39,280 nucleotides of DNA, taken from IMG/VR virus record IMGVR_UViG_3300016722_000141, positions 1-39,280 of that record. One strand, 5' to 3'. Source of the stretch: a virus (Duplodnaviria; Caudoviricetes). Shown here one piece after another: positions 26,771-35,900 of this stretch; position 1 is the stretch's first letter, and every line of letters begins with the position of its first letter. The position numbers and the translations under genes were made by a program. The notes beneath the pieces were generated by a model. The model saw only the letters and a program-made list of their open reading frames with translations. It was not told where the DNA came from and did no database searches.

Positions 26771-28899
26771 GTTACGGTTTAATATACACAATACCTTTTA
26801 TGACCTTGGAGAATGAGCCTTGCGTCATAAATATCGAGAAAAAAGACTATACGGGTGAATCTACCGAACTGCAAGCGGGGGAAACACCCTTCACAATAGA
26901 TATAGAGGATGAGGATTTCCTCTATACCCCGACAAGATTTTCAACGGCGAAAATTGACATAGTCGGCTGTGATTATCTGCAAGGAATCTATTCGACTTCG
27001 TACCAAGAGTATAGGGTGACTTATCTCAAGAATGGCAAAGTCCAGTGGTGTGGATTTGTCAAGCCGGAAGCGTATACCCAAGATTACGTCACATCCAAAT
27101 TCACCTTGGAGATAGAATGCCTCTCCGCATTGTCAACTCTTGAGTATATCGATTATGCAAAAAAAGAGGCTTCACTGCAATTCGTTTCCCTATGGTATCT
27201 GTTTTTGAAATGTATTTCCTCTGCAAATGGCAATTATACATCCATCTATATACCGTATGTATATTCGGACAGTGCGGACAATTACAAAGCAGGCTCGGTG
27301 AATGTCCTTGAGAATCTGACGATTTCCGAACAAAATTTCTTCGATGAAGATGGCAAGGCCATGAAGTTGAAGGAAGTATTGGAAAGTTTATGCAAGCTGC
27401 TTTCATGGACATGCGTTGATTTCAAAGGTTCCCTTTACTTTGTGGATTGTGACCATACAGGTGATTATTGGGTCTATGACGGGACTTTAGCGACCAAGTC
27501 GAGCACTTATACACCCGGGACCTTAACCATTCAAAATATAGGGTTTAAAGGCGGCAACCATACGTTGGACATCCTTGGGGGATATACGAAATGTACCGTT
27601 AAAGATTCCAATTATAACGTGGGCGATATTTTCCCCGAACAGAAATACTATGTCCTTTTGGAAAAGACCGGGGACATTGACGAGACACACGAAAAATATG
27701 GATTCAAGCCCGATTTGGAACATGCGGGTAACGGTCTTGACAAGGATCAGAATATCATGTATTACTATTTCGGCGGAGTCGAGCAAACTGAAAACTTGGT
27801 ATATAACTTTTTGGATTATTCATCGAACTGGCCGACATTGTTACCATACAAAGGTTTATATCTAAGTTATTTGTATTGCGGTTCTACAATCATGAGGACG
27901 ACGATCGTCGAAATAGTGGAAAAGGATGGGAAAAGGGTTTATAGTACGAATGAACTGAGTTACGACAATTGCATTGCCATTTTTATGCAGTCCGTCACGC
28001 TTCCGGATCCTCATAGTTTATTTCCGGCCGGTACGATGACATTACCCGACGGAAAAGAAGTCCTTTCATTCAAAAAGGATTTGCCGCTTTCCAAATATTC
28101 CGACGGTGCCTTTTTCATCAGCGGCAATATCGCCCAGAGCGTGGATCCTTATTTTCATGTATGCAGTTCGGTGGTTGGTAGCGGTGAAGATATAAAGCTA
28201 AATTTTTCACTGCAGATAGGAAATTATTATTGGAACGGAACGGAATGGACTACGACGGAAAGCAAATTCAGCATAACAATAAAGAAGGAAGACACCTATT
28301 CGCAATACAGAAGCATACCCGACACAAAAGTACTTGGCCAATGGTATTCAGGCAGCAACGGATATATTATTGAAATACCGAATGAACTGAACCTAATGGG
28401 AAGCCCTGTCTTTAAAATGTATACACCTTCTGTAAATGGAAATGTCACGGCTGTTTATCTGAAAGATTTTTCCATGAAATTCGTAAAAAAAGATTCCGAA
28501 AAAAAAGAGGAAGAAAACAAATCCGACCGTACCTATGAGAATGTCGTCAACGGTGGCTACGTGAACGAATTGGATGAAATAGAACTGAAAATTTCCACTT
28601 ATAACAAAGACGGTGCTTGTTATTCGAAGGTTGCCCTTGGGAATGTTTACCTCACGGATAATTTATATTCCGCCATTGAATCAAAACCTGTACGTCTTGA
28701 AGAATCGCTTATAAAAAGGATCATCAACCGATATGACCATACAAGGATAAAGCTCACCCAAGAGATAAACAATTCGGATGAGCTGTCTCCTATATCCGTT
28801 CTGTCGGACAATTATATGGTTAATAAGAAGTTTATGATTACCGGTGGCACGATAGATGCGGCGATGAATAAATTCGAGTGTAAGATGATAGAAAAATAA
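26767..28899 (+). CDS. Tail tip / baseplate hub protein
   Basis: 710 aa directly after the tape measure gene; synteny only. Confidence 0.65.
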   Translation: MSYGLIYTIPFMTLENEPCVINIEKKDYTGESTELQAGETPFTIDIEDEDFLYTPTRFSTAKIDIVGCDYLQGIYSTSYQEYRVTYLKNGKVQWCGFVKPEAYTQDYVTSKFTLEIECLSALSTLEYIDYAKKEASLQFVSLWYLFLKCISSANGNYTSIYIPYVYSDSADNYKAGSVNVLENLTISEQNFFDEDGKAMKLKEVLESLCKLLSWTCVDFKGSLYFVDCDHTGDYWVYDGTLATKSSTYTPGTLTIQNIGFKGGNHTLDILGGYTKCTVKDSNYNVGDIFPEQKYYVLLEKTGDIDETHEKYGFKPDLEHAGNGLDKDQNIMYYYFGGVEQTENLVYNFLDYSSNWPTLLPYKGLYLSYLYCGSTIMRTTIVEIVEKDGKRVYSTNELSYDNCIAIFMQSVTLPDPHSLFPAGTMTLPDGKEVLSFKKDLPLSKYSDGAFFISGNIAQSVDPYFHVCSSVVGSGEDIKLNFSLQIGNYYWNGTEWTTTESKFSITIKKEDTYSQYRSIPDTKVLGQWYSGSNGYIIEIPNELNLMGSPVFKMYTPSVNGNVTAVYLKDFSMKFVKKDSEKKEEENKSDRTYENVVNGGYVNELDEIELKISTYNKDGACYSKVALGNVYLTDNLYSAIESKPVRLEESLIKRIINRYDHTRIKLTQEINNSDELSPISVLSDNYMVNKKFMITGGTIDAAMNKFECKMIEK
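28802..28821 (+). promoter_or_regulatory. Late-gene motif copy 4
   Basis: TGTCGGACA-ATTATAT-GGTTAATAAGAA; also shares AATAAGAA with copy 3. Confidence 0.65.
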
Positions 28900-28933
28900 T
28901 GCCACCAAGTTTTCTTTAATGGATAAATGGAAA

Positions 28934-30463
28934 ATGAAAGAGGTCACTATCATATCAAAGAGTATTCCTTCGACACCTAGAAGTAAGAATTATCCGCAGG
29001 GAAGCACCGTTATAAATAACGGCAATGTTTCGGTAGTACCTAACGGTACAAGTAATGTGGACATCGTTAAGAAGCTCGACAATACCGTATTTACGGACAG
29101 CAACGTATTATCTTCCTTGCGAACTTTGTTTGAAATAACGTCAAGGATTATCACGGAGAATTCTAATGAGGCATTTTCCGATGAAAAGGTTCTATCGGCG
29201 AAAAGACTTTCAAAAGAAATATCCGCTGCGGTGGAGAGCCTTAAAAAAATATATCTTTCCAAAACGGATGCCGATACCGCGTCGGAAGTCATCACTTTTA
29301 TCAAAGGTCTGAAAATAGGCGGCAAATCATTATCCGACATCATCCTTTCTACAAATGAAGCCAGTGATAGCAATATAAAAGATTCTTCCATTTTGTCGGC
29401 TTTGAAAGCGGCGGGCATGTTTTTACGCAAGGACAAAGAAGATACGACCGAATTTCTCGTTAACCTGCTTGGCGGTATTGTCACAAACAATCTCAAATCA
29501 AAGGATTTCATCTCCGGACAATCAGGTTCGGGACTTGCGCTATATGACAAGGATGGTAAATCTTACCTTGAGGTGGACGAGCTCCTTGTGAGGTTGAAGG
29601 CGGTATTCGCTGAATTGGAAATACGAAAACTATCTTATGTTGGTGGTAACATTATACTCTCGAGTGCAGGCTCGAAGATTTGCAAAGTGGAAGAAACGGA
29701 TACGTCTTACAAGTGTTATTTCATGGCCGATGACGGAACCACAGCGACAACAAACGGCTTTTCCGTTGGTGATCAGGCACGCTGTCAGACTTTCAACATC
29801 AAGGCGGGCAAATATACAGGCGTGGCAAATAAGTATTATTGGAGGCTTGTTACGGCTGTCGGGAACGATTATATCGAGCTGAGTAAAACGGATTGTGACG
29901 GAACGGACATACCTGCAGCGGGTGACTCGCTTGTACAAATGGGCAACAGGACAAATACCGACAGACAGAATCTGATCGAGATTGTCGTCACCGGTGAGGA
30001 TGCTCCGGCATTCATCGAATATGCGGGCGTCAACTCCTATTCGTTGGAAGGTAAAAGAAAAACGGTGCTTTCTCCCAAAGGAGACGAGTTTATTGCCAAA
30101 TCGTTCAAGATACAAACCGAAGATGGTAGCGTGACGGACTTAACACAGCATACCGGTTACCGAATTGAGAAGTTTACAAGTCCCATGTTTGAGTTCTATA
30201 CGGAAGGCCAAACCACCTACAAGGCCACTCTTGCCATTCGGGTGTTCTACAATGAAAATGATATAACGGATACACTTCCATCTACTCGGTTCGTTTGGAC
30301 ACGTGTATCGGAAAATACGGCCGGAGATCCGACATGGAACGAGCTGCATGAATCTTCCGCTTATTCGATAGACATTACTTATCAGGATTTGGCGGGTGAT
30401 ACGGCTTTCATCTGTCAGTTTCTGGACAATAATAAAAACATAATAGCAACTACAAAATTTTAA
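28934..30463 (+). CDS. Tail protein with internal repeats
   Basis: Repeats FTDSNVLSS / FSDEKVLSA / IKDSSILSA and YLSKTDADT / FLRKDKEDT; SYLEVDELLVR...LEIRKLSYVGG. Confidence 0.7.
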   Translation: MKEVTIISKSIPSTPRSKNYPQGSTVINNGNVSVVPNGTSNVDIVKKLDNTVFTDSNVLSSLRTLFEITSRIITENSNEAFSDEKVLSAKRLSKEISAAVESLKKIYLSKTDADTASEVITFIKGLKIGGKSLSDIILSTNEASDSNIKDSSILSALKAAGMFLRKDKEDTTEFLVNLLGGIVTNNLKSKDFISGQSGSGLALYDKDGKSYLEVDELLVRLKAVFAELEIRKLSYVGGNIILSSAGSKICKVEETDTSYKCYFMADDGTTATTNGFSVGDQARCQTFNIKAGKYTGVANKYYWRLVTAVGNDYIELSKTDCDGTDIPAAGDSLVQMGNRTNTDRQNLIEIVVTGEDAPAFIEYAGVNSYSLEGKRKTVLSPKGDEFIAKSFKIQTEDGSVTDLTQHTGYRIEKFTSPMFEFYTEGQTTYKATLAIRVFYNENDITDTLPSTRFVWTRVSENTAGDPTWNELHESSAYSIDITYQDLAGDTAFICQFLDNNKNIIATTKF

Positions 30464-30475
30464 AATATCAATGTT

Positions 30476-31543
30476 ATGGCAATTTTAGCACAAGGTACTT
30501 TCAGTATCAAGAGAATGGTAAACGGCAAGACACTTAATTTTGTCTTGGTCCCTAATAAGGCGGTTACCCAAATTTTTACACCGGATCCGCCCACTTATGC
30601 ACCGGATTATTCGGCAAGTCCTTATTTGGTAATCACTCCTTCCCTCTTTATTTCCGGTCAGGCAACCGACCAGATAGCCTGTTTGAAGGCAGCTCCGACA
30701 TGGACGATCAACGGCGGTTCGACACTGTCCAATTATAATGCGGCGGCGGCTTCCGCTTCTCCTTATTCGCTGACGATCAAAAAGAATTTGGTAAGCGACG
30801 CTCAATATCAAATAACCTGTACCGCTATTTATGTGGAGCCCGTGACATTAGTCGAAACTCCCGTAGTGGCAACCATCACTTTTACAAAAGTGAGCAATAC
30901 GGGTACCAGTATAAGAGCGGTAGGCTATGCTCCACAAGGACAAGTGTTCAAAAATAATCAGGCTGCCACACTGAAAGCCCACTGTGACATGTATCGTGGA
31001 AGTGTGATCGATACGACAAACGTGACTTATGCATGGAGTATGTTATCAGGCGGGGCATGGACGACAATCGATTCGAAAAACACATTGGGTATTACGGGTT
31101 ACGGAACGAATGAAATCTCAATCCCCGCGTCGGCAGTTCTTAATACGGCCATCTTTAAATGTACGTGTACGGATACGGATTCCTCAAGTTCGACGTACAA
31201 TGTCAGCGTGTCGGATACCATTTCATTCGTCGATATGTCGGATCCTTATGATGTCGATGTGTTCACTCCGGGTGGTGATACCGTTGTATCCGGTGGCTCG
31301 ACCACCGTACAATTCATGATACGGCAAGCAAACACTTACATGACGGCGTCCGCCTTCACCTCTACAAAGGCTGTCAAGGTTTATCGTTATACGAGCGGGC
31401 AAGTCCTTGATACGACTTGGGGGACATCCGGATACAAGACGGCTACATTGGACAGCACCAGTGGCAAATATAGTCTGGCCATTGCCGAATCGGATTTGCT
31501 TTCGGGACAAATAACAAGTTTCAGTTTTCAAATGGAAGGATAA
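30476..31543 (+). CDS. Tail-associated beta-rich (Ig-like) protein
   Basis: Ser/Thr-rich beta-strand patterns; within tail module. Confidence 0.6.
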   Translation: MAILAQGTFSIKRMVNGKTLNFVLVPNKAVTQIFTPDPPTYAPDYSASPYLVITPSLFISGQATDQIACLKAAPTWTINGGSTLSNYNAAAASASPYSLTIKKNLVSDAQYQITCTAIYVEPVTLVETPVVATITFTKVSNTGTSIRAVGYAPQGQVFKNNQAATLKAHCDMYRGSVIDTTNVTYAWSMLSGGAWTTIDSKNTLGITGYGTNEISIPASAVLNTAIFKCTCTDTDSSSSTYNVSVSDTISFVDMSDPYDVDVFTPGGDTVVSGGSTTVQFMIRQANTYMTASAFTSTKAVKVYRYTSGQVLDTTWGTSGYKTATLDSTSGKYSLAIAESDLLSGQITSFSFQMEG

Positions 31544-31547
31544 CGAA

Positions 31548-33749
31548 ATGACAATATTGGCACAAGGTTCATTCAGCATCAAAAGGGCGAACAGGGACGG
31601 TTATTCCTGTTCTCTTACATCGTATTCGACAATGTTGAACTCGGATTCGAATGGTGTGATAGGAAGTCTTGTGGCTGCCGTAACGACCGTGAAACTCTAT
31701 CAGGGTTCTACGGCCGTCACGCCTGTCATTTCAATCGATTCCGTTTCCAACTGTTCGGCCCGTATTTCGGGACTTAACGTGTCCATTGCATCCGTCCCGA
31801 ATAATACCAAATCGGGATATGTGGATATAAAGGTCGTTTATGGCAGCTTTGTCAAGATAGAGAGATATACGTTTACCATCGTGGATTATACCATCGTCAA
31901 AAATTATACGCAGACGATTGTAGGTGACCAAATGACAAGCTATGCAACGAAAACTACCGTCGATGCTCTTGGCAAAACCGTCTCTGCTCATTCGACCACG
32001 ATTCAACAGAATTCGAAAGACATAGCTTTAAAAGCCTCACAGTCGGATGTTACCGCTCTCGGAAATCGAATGAAATCAGCCGAAGCGAGTATAACCCCCG
32101 ATGCAATCAATTTGACCGTCAAATCACAAATAAATACTGCCGTAGCCAACGTACAGATTGGCGGAAGAAATTTATTGTTAAACAGTAAGATATCAAAATC
32201 AGGTACAGGCTATAATATAGGTGTTTGGATTTCTTCAAGAGATTTTGTCGTAGGAGAGACATTGACTGTAACGATAAAAGGTACTATATCCACATCAAAA
32301 CTGTTTGGAATATGGTTCAATGGAGGTAGCTACGGAGGGTATCCCATTCCGAAAGTATCGGCCGGAATATTTTCCACTGCCATATCTGTTCCATCAGGTA
32401 CTTCAAACAGAACTGTCGGTATATATTTGATAGGTAATCAGTCTGCAACAGACTCATGGACATTTGAATGGATAAAACTTGAATGGGGCAATAAGGGAAC
32501 AGATTGGTCACCGGCTCCTGAAGATGTCGACGCAAATATCAACTTGCGTCCGACAACAGACGAAATAAAGGCTTCATTTACTATAGATCCGAATGGTGTC
32601 TCCCTTTTCGGTAAGAAGATCAGTCTTACAGGGATGGTTTCGTTTAATTCATTATCGGACTACAAGAATGTGAACGGACGTATTACTACTGCACAGAATA
32701 CGGCCAACACGGCAAATAACGATCTGGGCTCTCTAACAAAGAAATTGGGTGGGCTTGCCTACAAGGCTCAAGTCGAACAGGCAATGAAAGACGAGGGCTT
32801 AATAAGTGGCGGCTTTCTGAAGATGAGTTTGATTGACGTTAAAAATGTCGTCACGCAAGGTCTCAGTGCCCAAACGATAGATGCGGGCAACGCCACGATC
32901 AAAAATCTGAATGTAGATACGATAAAAATGACTAATGCAGACGTAAGCGGCAAGGTGACGGCGGCATCAGGTGCTATCGGTCATTTATCCATCGATGACA
33001 ACGGACTCTATTTTGGTGACCCCAGCAAATGGACCACATCCACTTATAAACAGGATTTGACATCTGTCATTCCGGGATGTGTCAGGATACAAAAACAATA
33101 CGGATATTTTCAGTCAGGCGATATTGCCAATATAAAAGTTGGAATAGGTGACGGTGCAGACCCAAGTATAGATCCATTAAATTTATCTGATTGCCTATGT
33201 TCTGGATATTTCTATCGCCAGATGAACTATGATTTAGACCCATATTACCCAGCTGTTCGCATTATCAGTGATAACGTGGTCAATCGGAATGTCGCTCTCG
33301 AATTGACCGGTGGTTTGCGTGTATACGGTGGCGTGATGGAAACGGGAAATTTCATGAGTATCATGAGTTCAGACAGTGCAAATGTGATTGATTTAAGTTT
33401 TGGGACTACTATTTTAATAAGAAATATATACTCGGATAACAGTTATCAAATTTTCTTGCCTACCCTTACAAATCTCAGGGCGCAACTTGGAGTTTCGTCA
33501 CCAGCACCGTTTTGCGTCCCTATAAGAATTACCATCGCGAAAGACAGTCCCCATAATATCAGACTTTGTCCCCAAAGTAAGGCGGGTAATCCCGTAAGTG
33601 TTGCTGAAGCGGGTATGTTGATTGATAATGATGGCAATGAATGGAACAGGTCGATCATCAATATGGCTCCGGGCGACACGGTCAGTTTCTTTCTCATATA
33701 TACCCTTTCTACAGGTTATTACGCTCAATTGGCAACCTGGATGAATTAA
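31548..33749 (+). CDS. Tail fibre / receptor-binding protein
   Basis: Coiled-coil segments; module bounded by GGRNLLLNS and IKLEWGNKGTDWSPAPED; last large tail gene. Confidence 0.7.
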   Translation: MTILAQGSFSIKRANRDGYSCSLTSYSTMLNSDSNGVIGSLVAAVTTVKLYQGSTAVTPVISIDSVSNCSARISGLNVSIASVPNNTKSGYVDIKVVYGSFVKIERYTFTIVDYTIVKNYTQTIVGDQMTSYATKTTVDALGKTVSAHSTTIQQNSKDIALKASQSDVTALGNRMKSAEASITPDAINLTVKSQINTAVANVQIGGRNLLLNSKISKSGTGYNIGVWISSRDFVVGETLTVTIKGTISTSKLFGIWFNGGSYGGYPIPKVSAGIFSTAISVPSGTSNRTVGIYLIGNQSATDSWTFEWIKLEWGNKGTDWSPAPEDVDANINLRPTTDEIKASFTIDPNGVSLFGKKISLTGMVSFNSLSDYKNVNGRITTAQNTANTANNDLGSLTKKLGGLAYKAQVEQAMKDEGLISGGFLKMSLIDVKNVVTQGLSAQTIDAGNATIKNLNVDTIKMTNADVSGKVTAASGAIGHLSIDDNGLYFGDPSKWTTSTYKQDLTSVIPGCVRIQKQYGYFQSGDIANIKVGIGDGADPSIDPLNLSDCLCSGYFYRQMNYDLDPYYPAVRIISDNVVNRNVALELTGGLRVYGGVMETGNFMSIMSSDSANVIDLSFGTTILIRNIYSDNSYQIFLPTLTNLRAQLGVSSPAPFCVPIRITIAKDSPHNIRLCPQSKAGNPVSVAEAGMLIDNDGNEWNRSIINMAPGDTVSFFLIYTLSTGYYAQLATWMN

Positions 33750-33767
33750 TTTTAAATACAAACAACA

Positions 33768-34058
33768 ATGAAAATCGATTTTAGAAAAATTAAAGTAAAA
33801 GATTACGACGACAAAGAAATGTGTTTGGACATTTCAAAAGATGTCGGAGACTCCTTCCTGAGACACACTTCAGATTACGGGGAGTTTGATTACGGTCATG
33901 AAATATTTCATAATGGCCTAGTGGAGGTCAATGCTCAAAATGCAAAGGCTATAAAATGCTATATGGAACAGGAACATTTTCTCGCCCTGATAAAGAAAGC
34001 GGTTTTTCCTCTTTTGGACGAGATCATCAATCCTAAAAATAAGGAGGATAAAAAATGA
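33768..34058 (+). CDS. Hypothetical protein (possible fibre chaperone)
   Basis: 96-aa ORF between the fibre and lysis genes. Confidence 0.6.
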   Translation: MKIDFRKIKVKDYDDKEMCLDISKDVGDSFLRHTSDYGEFDYGHEIFHNGLVEVNAQNAKAIKCYMEQEHFLALIKKAVFPLLDEIINPKNKEDKK

Positions 34059-34528
34059 AAATGTTATTCATTAACTATTTGTTGTCCGGTGACTATTCCA
34101 AAGTGGCTATATGGCTGCTTGTCGTCGCCATATTGGCCATCATACCGAATGTTGCCAGCATATTCGACTTGGTTACCGGTATTAAAGCCAGCAAGAGGCT
34201 TGGAAATTTTAAAACGACGTCTTACGGACTTAGGAAAACGGTGGGAAAGGACAAGGAATATCTAACGTATTTCTTTCTCTTCGCCCTTATTGACTGCTGT
34301 CTCAGCTTCTTCATTGAAATGCCTATCCTGTGCATCTTCTGTGCGATTGCGGAAACGGTCATAGAAGTCGTTTCGATAAGGGAGAACATGCACAAGGGAC
34401 AGAGTGATACCCACGATCCTGTGGAATTGATGAAAGCCATTGCCACCGCTTACGGACAGGATAAGGCCGATAAAATTTTCGATTTGATAAGAGGGAAAGA
34501 AGATGAAGGCAAGCAAAGTACTGATTGA
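34055..34528 (+). CDS. Holin
   Basis: TM helices, DLVTGI...TSYGLRKT, IEVVSIREN; precedes endolysin. Confidence 0.85.
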   Translation: MKMLFINYLLSGDYSKVAIWLLVVAILAIIPNVASIFDLVTGIKASKRLGNFKTTSYGLRKTVGKDKEYLTYFFLFALIDCCLSFFIEMPILCIFCAIAETVIEVVSIRENMHKGQSDTHDPVELMKAIATAYGQDKADKIFDLIRGKEDEGKQSTD

Positions 34529-34931
34529 TAAAATCAAAGAATTTGAAAGGCTTAGGCTAAAGTCCTATAAATGCCCCGCAGGAGTATGGACCATCGGATA
34601 CGGACACACCAAAGGTGTGAAACCCGGGCAAGTTATTAGTAAGCTACAAGCAGAAGTGTTGCTAAAGGGTGATATCCTTATATGTGAAAAACAAATCAAT
34701 GGGCTAAGGCTGTCTCTCACGCAGGGGCAGTTCGACACTCTCGTCGATTTTGACTTCAATATGGGATATGGAAAATTGGTTGGCTCCACTTTGTTGAAGT
34801 TGATAAAGGTAAAAGCGGGAACAAAGGCCATACAAGAGGAACTAAAGAAATGGTGCCACGGTGGTGGTCTTGTTTTGGATGGATTGGTTGAACGCCGTGT
34901 ATGGGAGGCTGAAAGATGGACGGAAAAATAA
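34503..34931 (+). CDS. Endolysin, GH24 lysozyme
   Basis: E-x8-C-x5-T triad (FERLRLKSYKCPAGVWTIGYGHT), GLVERR..E. Confidence 0.93.
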   Translation: MKASKVLIDKIKEFERLRLKSYKCPAGVWTIGYGHTKGVKPGQVISKLQAEVLLKGDILICEKQINGLRLSLTQGQFDTLVDFDFNMGYGKLVGSTLLKLIKVKAGTKAIQEELKKWCHGGGLVLDGLVERRVWEAERWTEK

Positions 34932-34937
34932 GAATCA

Positions 34938-35369
34938 ATGAAAATGAAACATGTAAGAATAAATATAGCGTTAATCATGACGCTCTTTGGCATGGTATTG
35001 ATAACTTCATGCCGATCGGTTAAGTATGTACCGGTTGAGAGCGTACGAACAGAAACAAAATATGTCGATAAACTTGTACAGAAGCATGATTCCATCTATT
35101 TGCACGATTCGATTTATTCGTATATCAAAGGTGATACGGTATTTTGGAATAAGTATCGGACGAAATACGTGAATAAGTATATTTTCGGCACAGATAGCAT
35201 TTACTTAAACAAGACCGATTCTATTCGTGTGCCTTATCCTGTAGAAAAACAACTCACCAAGTGGCAAAAGGTAGAAATGAATACCGGCAGAATAACAATT
35301 ATTGCATTGATTGTGTTGGTTCTTTCATCGGGAGTTTATATTTTTGTGAAATATAAAGTGAAGAAGTAA
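34938..35369 (+). CDS. Putative unimolecular spanin
   Basis: Lipoprotein signal (LITS-C), beta-rich middle, C-terminal TM with basic tail; follows endolysin. Confidence 0.75.
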   Translation: MKMKHVRINIALIMTLFGMVLITSCRSVKYVPVESVRTETKYVDKLVQKHDSIYLHDSIYSYIKGDTVFWNKYRTKYVNKYIFGTDSIYLNKTDSIRVPYPVEKQLTKWQKVEMNTGRITIIALIVLVLSSGVYIFVKYKVKK

Positions 35370-35404
35370 ACCGAGAGGTCGAAGTAGATAATTTTAGATT
35401 GAGA

Positions 35405-35433
35405 AAGGCGGTCAGAAATGATCGCCTTGTTTT
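35405..35433 (+). terminator. Terminator ending the late operon
   Basis: AAGGCGGTCA-GAAA-TGATCGCCTT-GTTTT. Confidence 0.75.
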
Positions 35434-35499
35434 ATATGCAATTATGAAGTATTTTTTTTAGTGCTAGTATCATAAAGTTAATTCTAAAAATGTATAGAG

Positions 35500-35556
35500 A
35501 AAAATGATAATTCTTAATTGAAAATTATCATTTTTGATAATTTGTACTTATCTTTG
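35500..35556 (+). promoter_or_regulatory. higBA promoter/operator
   Basis: AAAAATGATAATT (35500-35512) / AATTATCATTTTT (35523-35535); palindrome AAATTATCA-N4-TGATAATTT; -7 box TATCTTTG at 35549. Confidence 0.65.
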
Positions 35557-35576
35557 CGAACAAAAAGTGGTCAATC

Positions 35577-35900
35577 ATGGAAATCGATTACAGCGATGAA
35601 GAATTGAAATTGTTGATAGAAAATGGTTGTAGTACTGATAAACGTTATAAAAAACTGAAAAGTAATGGCACTTTCCTTAAGGATCTGAATAAAGTAATAT
35701 TTATTTTAAGATCAGTTCCTAATACAAAAAGCTTGGAAAGCTTTCAATCTTTACATTACGAAGCTCTCAAATATGATTGGATAGGTAAAAATAGCGTAAG
35801 AATCGGTTATAAAACAAAATATCGTCTAATTTTTGAAGAATTAGACGGTGGTATTAGAATCAATTTAATAGAAATAAATGAGCATTATGGAGACAAGTAG
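35577..35900 (+). CDS. higB: HigB-like (RelE superfamily) toxin
   Basis: LHYEALK...SVRI...YRLIF, HY C-terminus; toxin-first order. Confidence 0.8.
   Translation: MEIDYSDEELKLLIENGCSTDKRYKKLKSNGTFLKDLNKVIFILRSVPNTKSLESFQSLHYEALKYDWIGKNSVRIGYKTKYRLIFEELDGGIRINLIEINEHYGDK

Noticed and set aside
26767-33749. Tail-fibre shufflon or invertible cassettes
   Set aside because: No inverted partial fibre cassettes, repeated crossover sites or adjacent invertase seen.
15590-35095. Many antisense and alternate-frame ORFs inside structural genes
   Set aside because: Expected shadow ORFs in the more GC-rich coding DNA; no motifs or promoters.
31548-35500. Diversity-generating retroelement targeting the tail fibre
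   Set aside because: No reverse transcriptase ORF and no TR/VR pair with adenine-specific mismatches seen.
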